Program-made: the position numbers and the translations under genes
Shown: positions 56,004 to 64,000 of the stretch, in pieces
How the letters are laid out: each line of letters starts with the position of its first letter
How positions within the stretch are numbered: position 1 is the first letter of the stretch
Assembly: GCA_963740355.1 (NCBI GenBank)
Contig: CAVUDW010000002.1
Location: forward strand, 2,112,001-2,176,000
Origin: an uncultured Gemmatimonadaceae bacterium
Lineage (GTDB): Bacteria; Gemmatimonadota; Gemmatimonadetes; Gemmatimonadales; Gemmatimonadaceae
DNA: 64,000 nucleotides
Direction of reading: 5' to 3'
Notes under the pieces: generated by a model
Told to the model about the DNA's origin: nothing
The model's database searches: none
Seen by the model: the letters and a program-made list of their open reading frames with translations, nothing else

Positions 56004-57104
56004 GTGACGATCCTGCCCCCCTCAGCGGAAGACGTGCTGAGCCCCCTGCGTGCGCAGGTGGACGATCTCGCGCGCGACCTCACCACCGACGCCGCAGCGG
56101 CGGACCACGGTGTCCTGCTCAAGCAGCGCATCTTCCTGCTCCACCGCGCCGTGGAACAGCACGCACAGCTGATCGAGCAGTTGCAGGGTGAAGTCCGCTC
56201 GCTCGTCGATGGCTGGAAGGGGCGGTTTGCGTCGGGCGGCGGCTCGTCGCTCACCCCGCTCAGTTCGGCGGCCATTTCGTCGACGCCAAGGGCGCCGGCA
56301 GCACCCGCCGCCGCGCCGACCCAGAGCCGGACCGCAGCGCCGTCGGCCACCGCTGTCGTCGCGGTGCCGGAGCCCCCTCCGACCGCTGTCGCTGCCACCG
56401 TACCCGCGCCAACGCCGGCCGTCGAACACACCAACGGATTCGCGACCGGGGCCTCGCGTACGCAGATGCCCATGGCCGTGCCAGGCCAGCCGCGCGTGAT
56501 CGACGAGTTGAACGCATCGACCTTCGTGGAGCGCGGCTGGAGTCGGATCGCGACCGGCGACTACATCGGCGCCGAGGAGGCCCTCGAAAAGGCCCTTGCC
56601 CTCAACCCGGGTGACGCGCATGCGGAGACGCTGCTCGGGTGGGCCCAGATGTCGCAAGGGAAGTTCGACTCCGCGATGGCGCTCTTTCAGCAGGTGCTCG
56701 ATCGGGTGCCCGACCACGCCCTCGCGCACATCAACGTCGGCTACGTCCTTTTTCGCCGTCGACAGTTCGATGAGGCCGAAGAGCATCTCGATCGCGCCAT
56801 CGCCCTCGATTCGGATCGAAAGGCGACGTTATACGCGCACTACTATCTGGGGCTGGTGCATTTCGAGCAGCAGCGGTACGCCGAGTCGATCGGTGCCCTG
56901 CTGCGGGCGATCGAGCTGGGTCCGAACCTGATCGAGGCCCGATTCGAGCTGGGCCGGGTACTCTGGTTTGCTGACCGCACCGACGACGCGATCGCCGCGT
57001 GGCGCAAGGGCGCGGAGGTGAACAAGTTCAACCCATGGAGTGCTCGCTGTCGCGATATGCTGGCGACCATCGCCGACGGGGGCGCGCCGACGCGCGTGGC
57101 CTGA
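56004..57104 (+). CDS. Coiled-coil plus TPR protein
   Basis: N-terminal coiled coil, Pro/Ala linker, TPRs (AETLLGWA, AHINVGYV, AHYYLGLV, ARFELGRV). Confidence 0.85.
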   Translation: MTILPPSAEDVLSPLRAQVDDLARDLTTDAAAADHGVLLKQRIFLLHRAVEQHAQLIEQLQGEVRSLVDGWKGRFASGGGSSLTPLSSAAISSTPRAPAAPAAAPTQSRTAAPSATAVVAVPEPPPTAVAATVPAPTPAVEHTNGFATGASRTQMPMAVPGQPRVIDELNASTFVERGWSRIATGDYIGAEEALEKALALNPGDAHAETLLGWAQMSQGKFDSAMALFQQVLDRVPDHALAHINVGYVLFRRRQFDEAEEHLDRAIALDSDRKATLYAHYYLGLVHFEQQRYAESIGALLRAIELGPNLIEARFELGRVLWFADRTDDAIAAWRKGAEVNKFNPWSARCRDMLATIADGGAPTRVA

Positions 57105-58084
57105 GCAGTTTCTGGTGGGCACTGCTGTGGTGCGCGTCGGTACTCGTGGCGTGGGCATCACCGGTCACTGCGGCACCACCCGGTGCCCTCCGTCTCGATC
57201 GCGGCCGCTTCACGGTGGTCCACTACAGTGACGATGCCACGCTGGCGCATGCTGCGCTGAACGCCGCGGCGTCACGCGACACCTTTCCCTGGTTGCCGCG
57301 GGCGTCGACACGGATCGTGATCATGGTCGCGCCCGACGCCGCCACCTTTCGCGAGTGGGCGGGACAGAGTGCGGCCAGCTGGGCGGCAGCGGTCGCGTTT
57401 CCCGACCAGCACCGCGTGGTCGTGCAAGGCGGGAAGGCACCCGCCGACGCCGGAGATCCGACCCAGGTGCTGCGACATGAACTCGCGCACGTCGCCTTGC
57501 ACGACTATCTCGGTGATCTCCCACCGCGATGGTTCGACGAGGGCTACGCCAGCTTTGCTGCGGGCGAGGAGCGCATGGATGGCTTCGTCTCGACGAACCT
57601 CGCGCTGGTGTTCAGAGGGATGCCAGCACTGGCTACGCTCGACACGATGATCGGCAGCCCGCGTCCCACGGAGGCGCGCGCCGGCTACGCGCTCGCCCTG
57701 CGCGCCGTCTCCGACCTCGCCGCCATCGACACGCAGCGCGGTCTCGGGCCGATGTTCGTCGCGTGGAAGGAGCGCGGCAGTCTCGACCTCGCCATGCGAC
57801 GCGCGTTCGCGCTCACCTCGGATGATTTCCAGCGCGGTTGGCAGCAGCGCGCGCGGTGGCAGTTCGCGTTTCTCGCGCTGGCGGCCGACTCGGCGATCAC
57901 CGGGAGCGTGCTCCTGCTTGGGCTATGGCCGATGTACCGCCGCCGACGGCAGGCCCAGCGAGATCGCCTGGAGGCGATGCGCGAGCGGGAAGCCATCACC
58001 GAGAGCGCTGCCCGGAGTGCTGCCCTCGACGTCCTGCTGCACGCGATCGGGCCTGAGCGACCCCGAGCTGGCCCCGATGCTTGA
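57101..58084 (+). CDS. Peptidase MA-like zinc metalloprotease with C-terminal membrane anchor
   Basis: HELAH...PRWFDEG gluzincin-type motif, hydrophobic N-terminus. Start codon uncertain. Confidence 0.78.
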   Translation: MSSFWWALLWCASVLVAWASPVTAAPPGALRLDRGRFTVVHYSDDATLAHAALNAAASRDTFPWLPRASTRIVIMVAPDAATFREWAGQSAASWAAAVAFPDQHRVVVQGGKAPADAGDPTQVLRHELAHVALHDYLGDLPPRWFDEGYASFAAGEERMDGFVSTNLALVFRGMPALATLDTMIGSPRPTEARAGYALALRAVSDLAAIDTQRGLGPMFVAWKERGSLDLAMRRAFALTSDDFQRGWQQRARWQFAFLALAADSAITGSVLLLGLWPMYRRRRQAQRDRLEAMREREAITESAARSAALDVLLHAIGPERPRAGPDA

Positions 58085-58109
58085 CCCGCTTCGATAGGTC
58101 GCGTACCGT
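58081..58109 (+). promoter_or_regulatory. Putative sigma70 promoter, leaderless-type
   Basis: TTGACC-N17-TACCGT, 7 nt before ATG 58117. Confidence 0.55.
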
Positions 58110-58116
58110 GAACCCT

Positions 58117-58287
58117 ATGGCTCTCTCAGAAACAGAAACTCCGCGCCGCCCTTTGCTCTGGTGGGGATTGGCCGCTGCCGCGCTCGCGCTCGGTTACGCT
58201 GACCTCGCGCGCGGCGGGACAACGTTTGCCCCCGTGCTGCTCGTAATCGGATATTGCGTGCTGGTCCCGATCGCGATCCTGAAGTAG
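58117..58287 (+). CDS. Small two-helix membrane protein
   Basis: LLWWGLAAAALALGY...TFAPVLLVIGYCVLVPIAILK. Confidence 0.7.
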   Translation: MALSETETPRRPLLWWGLAAAALALGYADLARGGTTFAPVLLVIGYCVLVPIAILK

Positions 58288-58481
58288 TTCCGCCTGTCCA
58301 TGAGCCCGCCGACGTCGGCGGGCGAACGTTACGATCCGGTTAAGTGCATGTGCGGCGGTCACTTCGTCGTGCTTTGGTGCTTGCCCTCGTTACTCATGGA
58401 CGGCACTTTTCCGCCCGGGGGGCGCTACTACCTGCATGCAGGGCTTGGTGTAGTCGAATGCAGAGAGGTAGGCAGTCCGTC

Positions 58482-58555
58482 GGGCGAATAGCTCAGCTGG
58501 TTAGAGCACCTGTCTTACACACAGGGGGTCGGGGGTTCGAATCCCTCTTCGCCCA
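58482..58555 (+). tRNA. tRNA-Val (anticodon TAC)
   Basis: Acceptor stem GGGCGAA/TTCGCCC, D arm GCTC/GAGC, anticodon stem CCTGT/ACAGG with TAC at 58516-58518, TTCGAAT loop; full CCA not encoded. Confidence 0.97.
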
Positions 58556-58622
58556 CCTGCAGATCTCGGGGCTGCGGCACGACGCGGCAGCTCAATTGGC
58601 ATCACCATCGTGGAGGTCGTAA

Positions 58623-60350
58623 GTGAGCGTTCGGATTCCTCAGATCGCGTGGCTCGGTCTCGTCGCCGGTAGCATGTCCTGTGCGCTTGAAGCACAGGTG
58701 GCCCGTGCGCCAGACCCCAATACGCCGCGCATGATGGTGCTGACGTTCCGCACTGCCACGCCGGGCAACTCCGGCGTTCAGGCAGCGGACGCACTGCGCT
58801 CGCGTATGGGCTCTGAAGTCCCGTACAAGCAACTCTGGCAGATCCCGAACACGGAAATCAACGCCGTGCTCGAGGCCTCCGGCTACAAGAAGGACGAACC
58901 ACTCTCGTCCAACGATGCCCGCGAACTCGGCCGTCAGCTCCGTGCGGATGAGTTCGTTCAGGGCTTTGTCCGCCGTGACGGCGAAGCCTGGCGCATCGAA
59001 GCCACGCTGCACCTCGTTCGCGACCCGTCGCTGGCACAGCCGCTGACACTCCAGTCTGCCGCCAAGGCTGGTGACGCTGCCAAGCTCATCGCGGCCGAGC
59101 TCGTCGAGGCCCGCAAGCAGCTGGTGCCGGAACGCGCCTGCGTGAATGCCGCCCGGGACAAGAACTGGGACAAGGCCATGGCGTCGGCGCGCGAAGGGAT
59201 TGCCCTCTTCCCGAAGGCCGTCATCGCCCGTACCTGCCTGCTCAACGCGATGGTCGAGACCAAGGCCACCGACGAAGCACAGCTCGCCATGGCAGAAGAA
59301 ATTCTCGCCATCGATTCGCGCAGCCGCCGTGCATTGTCGATTGCCGGTGACATCTATCGTCGCCGCAACCTCGCCAACCCGAAGGACACCACGAACGCGA
59401 ACAAGATGATTCAGGCCTACACCGGCCTGATCGCTGCCGACCCGACGAACACCCGCCTCGTCGACGACGTCACGAAGGCCATTGCCGGCGCCGGTAACCC
59501 GGGCGTGGCACTGCCGATCATCCGCAAGGCCGTTGAAGAGAATCCGGGCGATGCATCGCTGATGCGCACGCAGTTCCTCGTCGAGCTCGCTGCTCGCGAT
59601 ACCAAGAATGCCATCCGCACGGGCACCGAACTGGCCGCGCTCGACACGGCCATGGCCGACACGAATTACTTCTTCCGCATGGCTGCGGCGTACCAGCAGG
59701 ACAGCCAGCCGGCCAAGGCCGCCGAAGTGATCGCGCAGGGTGTTGCCAAGTTCCCGGAGAGCGCCAGTCTCCTCGTCGTCTCGGCCCAGGCGCAGCGCGC
59801 CGCTGGTCAGACGCAGCAGGCTGTCGAGACCCTGAAGAAGGCACTCACGCTCGATGCCAACGTCGAGCGCGGACAGCTGCAGCTCGCACAGCTGTACAAC
59901 GACCTCAAGCAGCCGGACAGTGCTTACGCCGCGCTGGTTCGTGCCGACAAGGGCGCTGACAGCGTACTCGTGGGTGACGTCGCACTCGACCTTGGCAACA
60001 AGGCGCAGCGTGAAGTCGCAGCGAAGCCCGACGCGACCGACGTCGACTGGACCAACGTCGTCAACTTCCTCACGCTGGCCGACAACAACGCCACCAGCCC
60101 CGAGCGCAAGCAGCAGGCGAAGTTCCTCCTCGGCACCGTGGCGCTGCGTCGTGGTCAGGCGTTGCTCAAGGCGGGCGTCGATGGCAAGAACTGCGCGATG
60201 GTCAAGTCCGCAGGCGAACAGCTGGCGATCGCCCAGGTCAACGTGCCTGCCGGTGGACGTTTCGCTCCGCAGGCCGCTGGCCAGCTGATGCAGGCGCTCG
60301 GCCAGTTGCTGCCGGCGTCGGCCCAGGCCGAAAAGGCGATCTGCAAGTAA
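58623..60350 (+). CDS. Exported TPR-rich protein
   Basis: GGAGG then GTG; signal peptide ending ALEA|Q; helical repeats. Confidence 0.8.
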   Translation: MSVRIPQIAWLGLVAGSMSCALEAQVARAPDPNTPRMMVLTFRTATPGNSGVQAADALRSRMGSEVPYKQLWQIPNTEINAVLEASGYKKDEPLSSNDARELGRQLRADEFVQGFVRRDGEAWRIEATLHLVRDPSLAQPLTLQSAAKAGDAAKLIAAELVEARKQLVPERACVNAARDKNWDKAMASAREGIALFPKAVIARTCLLNAMVETKATDEAQLAMAEEILAIDSRSRRALSIAGDIYRRRNLANPKDTTNANKMIQAYTGLIAADPTNTRLVDDVTKAIAGAGNPGVALPIIRKAVEENPGDASLMRTQFLVELAARDTKNAIRTGTELAALDTAMADTNYFFRMAAAYQQDSQPAKAAEVIAQGVAKFPESASLLVVSAQAQRAAGQTQQAVETLKKALTLDANVERGQLQLAQLYNDLKQPDSAYAALVRADKGADSVLVGDVALDLGNKAQREVAAKPDATDVDWTNVVNFLTLADNNATSPERKQQAKFLLGTVALRRGQALLKAGVDGKNCAMVKSAGEQLAIAQVNVPAGGRFAPQAAGQLMQALGQLLPASAQAEKAICK

Positions 60351-60414
60351 GCCGTGCCGGAATGATCGCTCGAGCGTGGGCGGCGTTGTCTCGCCTCGCT
60401 TGAAGTCGGTGTCG

Positions 60415-60452
60415 AAGCGCCCACTGTCTCCGGACAGTGGGCGCTTTGCCTT
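60415..60452 (+). terminator. Intrinsic terminator
   Basis: AAGCGCCCACTGTC-TCCG-GACAGTGGGCGCTT followed by TGCCTT. Confidence 0.75.
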
Positions 60453-60538
60453 GCCCCATCGTCGTCGCGCGTGGCGTTCACGCCAACGCCCGGTGTTTCG
60501 CTAGATTGCGCTCGCTGGCCCACCCACAAACCGACGGA

Positions 60539-61495
60539 ATGATCGCTGCACCCGACCCGAAGGCCGCCGCGCAGGCTTTCGCCACGCCGTATCACGCACC
60601 CGTGCTCGTCGACGCGGTGCTCTCGGCGTGTGTGAATGCGACCACGGTGCTGGATGGTACGCTGGGTGGTGGTGGACACACCGCCGCATTGCTCAACGCG
60701 GGCAAGCAGGTCACCGCACTTGATCGCGATCCGGCCGCAATTGCAGTGGCAGGTGAGCGACTCGCGGACGCCGTGGCGAGTGGCGCACTCGAAATCGTGC
60801 AATGCAACTATGCCGACGTCGACACCACGCCTGCACTTGCCGGTCGCACCTTCGACGCCATCCTGCTCGACCTCGGCGTCTCGTCACGTCAGCTCGACGA
60901 TGATTCACGTGGCTTCTCCTTCCGCGTCGGTGCACCACTCGACATGCGCATGGAAGCGCGTGGCCTCAGTGCGGCGGATTGGCTCAACACGGCCGACGAC
61001 GAAACGCTCGTGCATGCTTTTCGCGCCTATGGCGACGAGCCGCGCGCGCCGCGCCTTGCCAAGCAGGTGCAGGAGCGTCGCGTATTGCGCCCATTCACTG
61101 TCAGCGACGATTTTGTGAATGCCATTCGCGCCACGCTTGGCGCGCGCTCCGGTCCCTCGGATTTCGCGCGGCTTTTCCAGGCGTTGCGCATCGCCGTCAA
61201 CGATGAACTTGCCGGTCTCACGCGCGCCCTTCCCGCGCTGCGCGATCGGCTTACCCCAGGCGGACTCTTTCTGGTGATGGCTTACCACTCGGGTGAGGAC
61301 CGTCTCGTGAAGCACGCATTCCGGGACTGGAGCACCGCATGCACCTGTCCACCCCGCGCGCCGTTCTGCCAGTGTGATGGCGTCGCGCTTGGCACGCTGC
61401 ACACACGCAAGGCCATTGTCGCCGACGCCGGCGAGATTGCGCTCAACCCTCGCGCCCGCAGCGCGCATCTTCGCATATGGCAGCGCGCCGAGTAA
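60539..61495 (+). CDS. rsmH: 16S rRNA m4C1402 methyltransferase
   Basis: YHAPVL, DGTLGGGGH, LDLGVSSRQLD, FQALRIAVNDEL, YHSGEDRLVK, NPRARSA. Confidence 0.96.
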   Translation: MIAAPDPKAAAQAFATPYHAPVLVDAVLSACVNATTVLDGTLGGGGHTAALLNAGKQVTALDRDPAAIAVAGERLADAVASGALEIVQCNYADVDTTPALAGRTFDAILLDLGVSSRQLDDDSRGFSFRVGAPLDMRMEARGLSAADWLNTADDETLVHAFRAYGDEPRAPRLAKQVQERRVLRPFTVSDDFVNAIRATLGARSGPSDFARLFQALRIAVNDELAGLTRALPALRDRLTPGGLFLVMAYHSGEDRLVKHAFRDWSTACTCPPRAPFCQCDGVALGTLHTRKAIVADAGEIALNPRARSAHLRIWQRAE

Positions 61496-61797
61496 CCCCG
61501 CCGCGGCGCAAGGGCCGCACCACCGTCGCGTTGGTATTGCTCGGCGCGTTCGTCGTCGCCTTTTGCATCATCGCTCGTCGCGCCTACGGGCGCGCCCTGC
61601 AGCGTGACCTTGCCGGTATCGAGCGCACACGCACGCAGTTGAGTGGTGAAGTGATTCGTCTCGAAGGAGAGATTCGCACCGCATCCAGCCGCAACCGACT
61701 CGCGCCGCTGGTCGAGTCGACGCTCGGCATGCGTGTCCCGTCCGACACCCAGGTCATCGACCTCCCGCCTGAGGAGGCACCACGTGTCGCTCCGTGA
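61477..61797 (+). CDS. ftsL: Cell division protein FtsL-like
   Basis: Basic N-terminus, TM helix, leucine-zipper, LGMRVP; lies between rsmH and ftsI. Confidence 0.75.
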   Translation: MAARRVTPPRRKGRTTVALVLLGAFVVAFCIIARRAYGRALQRDLAGIERTRTQLSGEVIRLEGEIRTASSRNRLAPLVESTLGMRVPSDTQVIDLPPEEAPRVAP

Positions 61798-63811
61798 ACG
61801 GCTCAGTGGCCTGCGTGATCGGTTCAGCCTCGTCGAGTGGGGCGTCGCGGTGTTCGCCGTCGCCATCCTCGCCAAGGCGGCGTATGTCCAGCTGCTGCAC
61901 GGATCCGAGTGGGCCGTGCTGGCAACGAAGCAGCAGACGCGGCTCGAGCGGTTGCCGGCGCCGCGCGGCCGCATGGTCGACGCCACCGGTATTCCGCTGG
62001 TGGAGAGTCGCGAATTGGTGTCATTCAGCATCGCACCGCGTGAAATCCGAAGGAACGACCGCGCGGTGCTCGATCACACGCTCCGCAGCCTGAAGGCGCC
62101 GCAAGCCTATGTGCGTCGCAGCCTCGACACGACCCGCATCTGGGTGAACCTGCCCGGCCAGTATGCGATGGGTGACGCCGCGAACATGATCGGCATGCGC
62201 GGCGTGTATGCCACATACCAGATGGTGCGCATGGGTTCGCGCTCGCGCGGTGTGCGCGCCGTCGTCGGCGGCCTTGACGGTGATCGGCCGATCAGTGGGC
62301 TCGAGCTTGCGCTCGACAGCGTCCTGCAGGGCGTGACCGGCACGCGGCAGTTGATCAAGACCGGACGTGGTGACCGGCTCGAGTCGCCGGATGCGCCGAT
62401 GGTCGCACCCGTGCGCGGCAACGATCTCACGCTCACCATCAACTACGGCGTGCAGGACATCGCCGAGCAGGCGCTCGAGAGTGCCGTTGCCGCGAACGAC
62501 GCCGATGGTGGTGATGTCGTGGTGCTCAATCCGCGCACCGGCGAAATCATTGCGCTCGCTAGCCGTACGCGAACGGGTGTGGCCACCAAGCTGACGGCCG
62601 TCACCGATCCGTACGAGCCGGGGTCCACGCTCAAGCCGTTCGTCGTGGCGCAACTGATCGCCGATGGCCTGACGCGACCCGACGAGATGATCAACACCTA
62701 CAACGGTACGCTCAAGTACAAGGGCATTCGCACCATCACGGATGCACACATCGCGCCGCGAATGAGTGTGACGGAGGTGTTGGCACAGTCGAGCAACATC
62801 GGCATCGTGACGCTGCGTGATCGCATGAAGGATCGGGAGCACTACCAGCTGTTGCGCAACCTCGGCTTCGGGTCGCCCACAGGGTTGTCGTACCCCGGCG
62901 AGTCATCGGGACGACTGCCGGCACTCGGTCGGTGGGATCGCTACACACCGTCATCGCTCGCGATGGGGTATGAGCTCACCGTCACGCCACTGCAACTCGC
63001 GCTGGCCTATGGCGCGATTGCGAACGATGGCTTGCTCATGGAGCCGACGTTGATCCGTGAGATCCGCAACGCCGACAACACGGTGCGCTGGCGGCACCAG
63101 AAGCGAGTGGTTCGGCGGGTATTTACGCCGGAGGTCGCGCGAGCGATGCGTGAAGTGCTCAAGCACACGATCACCGAGGGTACCGGCAAGAGCGCGTCGC
63201 TCACCAAGTTTTCGCTCGCAGGAAAGTCCGGTACCACCAAGCTGTTGCGTGACGGGAGCTACAACTCCGGTGACTACACCGCCAGCTTCGTCGGCCTCTT
63301 TCCGGCTGACGACCCGCAGTTCGTGATCCTCGCCAAGCTCGATCGGCCGCGGCGCGGCGTAGTGTACGGCGGCCTGGTGGCTGCGCCGATCCTCAAGGCC
63401 ATCATCGAAGGCACCTTCGCGTCGACGCAGACTGCCATCGATCGGCGTGCCCTCGCCGCACAGTCGATTCCCACGCCAGTGCCGACCGACTCCAGCGCTG
63501 ATGCGGGTGACACAGTTCCTGCGGTGCCCGTTGCGCCGCGGCCGCTGCGGCGTGTTCGGCTGGAGTCGAATGAAGGCGCCGTGCCGTACCTGATGGCGAT
63601 CGCACCTGCAAAGCGTGCCGCACCGGCGCCGCCGGTCAGTGCCCGCGCCATTCCCACCGTCGCGGGACTCACGCTGCGCGAGGCGCTCCTGACCCTGCAT
63701 GAGAAGGGTTTCCGTGTCGTGGTCGACTCGCTCGGTGGTGGTGGAACATCGCCCGCTGCCGGAGAAACGGCGTTGCCCGGTTCGATCGTCCGACTGCATC
63801 GCGCGCCATGA
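61784..63811 (+). CDS. ftsI: Class B penicillin-binding protein FtsI with PASTA-like C-terminus
   Basis: PAPRGRMVDATG, YEPGSTLK, SSN, KSG; GAGGAGG before GTG. Confidence 0.92.
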   Translation: MSLRERLSGLRDRFSLVEWGVAVFAVAILAKAAYVQLLHGSEWAVLATKQQTRLERLPAPRGRMVDATGIPLVESRELVSFSIAPREIRRNDRAVLDHTLRSLKAPQAYVRRSLDTTRIWVNLPGQYAMGDAANMIGMRGVYATYQMVRMGSRSRGVRAVVGGLDGDRPISGLELALDSVLQGVTGTRQLIKTGRGDRLESPDAPMVAPVRGNDLTLTINYGVQDIAEQALESAVAANDADGGDVVVLNPRTGEIIALASRTRTGVATKLTAVTDPYEPGSTLKPFVVAQLIADGLTRPDEMINTYNGTLKYKGIRTITDAHIAPRMSVTEVLAQSSNIGIVTLRDRMKDREHYQLLRNLGFGSPTGLSYPGESSGRLPALGRWDRYTPSSLAMGYELTVTPLQLALAYGAIANDGLLMEPTLIREIRNADNTVRWRHQKRVVRRVFTPEVARAMREVLKHTITEGTGKSASLTKFSLAGKSGTTKLLRDGSYNSGDYTASFVGLFPADDPQFVILAKLDRPRRGVVYGGLVAAPILKAIIEGTFASTQTAIDRRALAAQSIPTPVPTDSSADAGDTVPAVPVAPRPLRRVRLESNEGAVPYLMAIAPAKRAAPAPPVSARAIPTVAGLTLREALLTLHEKGFRVVVDSLGGGGTSPAAGETALPGSIVRLHRAP

Positions 63812-64000
63812 CGGCTCACGTTCGGACTACGGTCATCATGGAGGCACTGCAACGCGCCGGACTGTTCACCGGTGTGCGTGGTGCCTTGCCTGAGTCGCTG
63901 GCAACCATCACCGCGGACAGTCGCTCTGCGAGCCCGGGTAGCCTGTTCGTCGCCGTGCGCGGCAGCGTGCGCGATGGGCACAGCTTCCTGCCACAAGTCG
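63808..64000 (+). CDS. murE: MurE ligase, N-terminal part (truncated by window)
   Basis: ITADSRSASPGSLFVAVRGSVRDGHSF directly after ftsI. Confidence 0.85.
   Translation, partial: MTAHVRTTVIMEALQRAGLFTGVRGALPESLATITADSRSASPGSLFVAVRGSVRDGHSFLPQV

Noticed and set aside
55297..56007. 236-aa ORF as a CheD with a novel C-terminal domain
   Set aside because: The true CheD C-terminal motifs lie in another frame after 55659; the tail is out-of-frame read-through.
58300..58491. 63-aa ORF upstream of the tRNA
   Set aside because: No SD, it overlaps the tRNA 5' end, and the sequence is better explained by RNA structure.
58482..60350. tRNA-Val as an integration site for a mobile element
   Set aside because: No integrase, no duplicated tRNA 3' end, and no evident composition shift.
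1..64000. CRISPR array, IS element, prophage or known riboswitch
   Set aside because: No regularly spaced repeats, transposase, integrase or phage genes, and no riboswitch consensus recognised by eye.

Overview
GC-rich bacterial chromosome segment. Gene content and order suggest Gemmatimonadota (inference). I see no mobile element, prophage or CRISPR array. Left to right: an AKR-RidA fusion with a frameshifted APC permease; an M28 peptidase; a type II secretion operon in permuted order (H-I-J-K-L-M-C-D-E-F-G); a putative sigma54-driven, Tat-exported DUF1800/DUF1501 pair plus a cupredoxin-like lipoprotein lacking copper ligands; and assorted hydrolases and transporters (tricorn protease, PhoD, MFS, class III aminotransferase). 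Next is a long co-directional block, yggS-divIVA-PNP-ileS-dksA-lspA-rluD, which runs straight into an unusual signalling cluster, followed by tRNA-Val and the start of the dcw cluster (rsmH-ftsL-ftsI-murE). The best candidate for an undescribed system is 43.5-57.1 kb. It holds a CheW/CheY/CheA/CheC/CheD core with no receptor in the window, interleaved with TPR scaffolds, two DUF4388/PATAN-TPR paralogues (one with an intact MshEN c-di-GMP motif), two roadblock/MglB-like proteins without an MglA GTPase, and a protein made of two tandem DnaA-type AAA+ domains with no DNA-binding domain. All family calls come from motif recognition by eye; no database searches were run.
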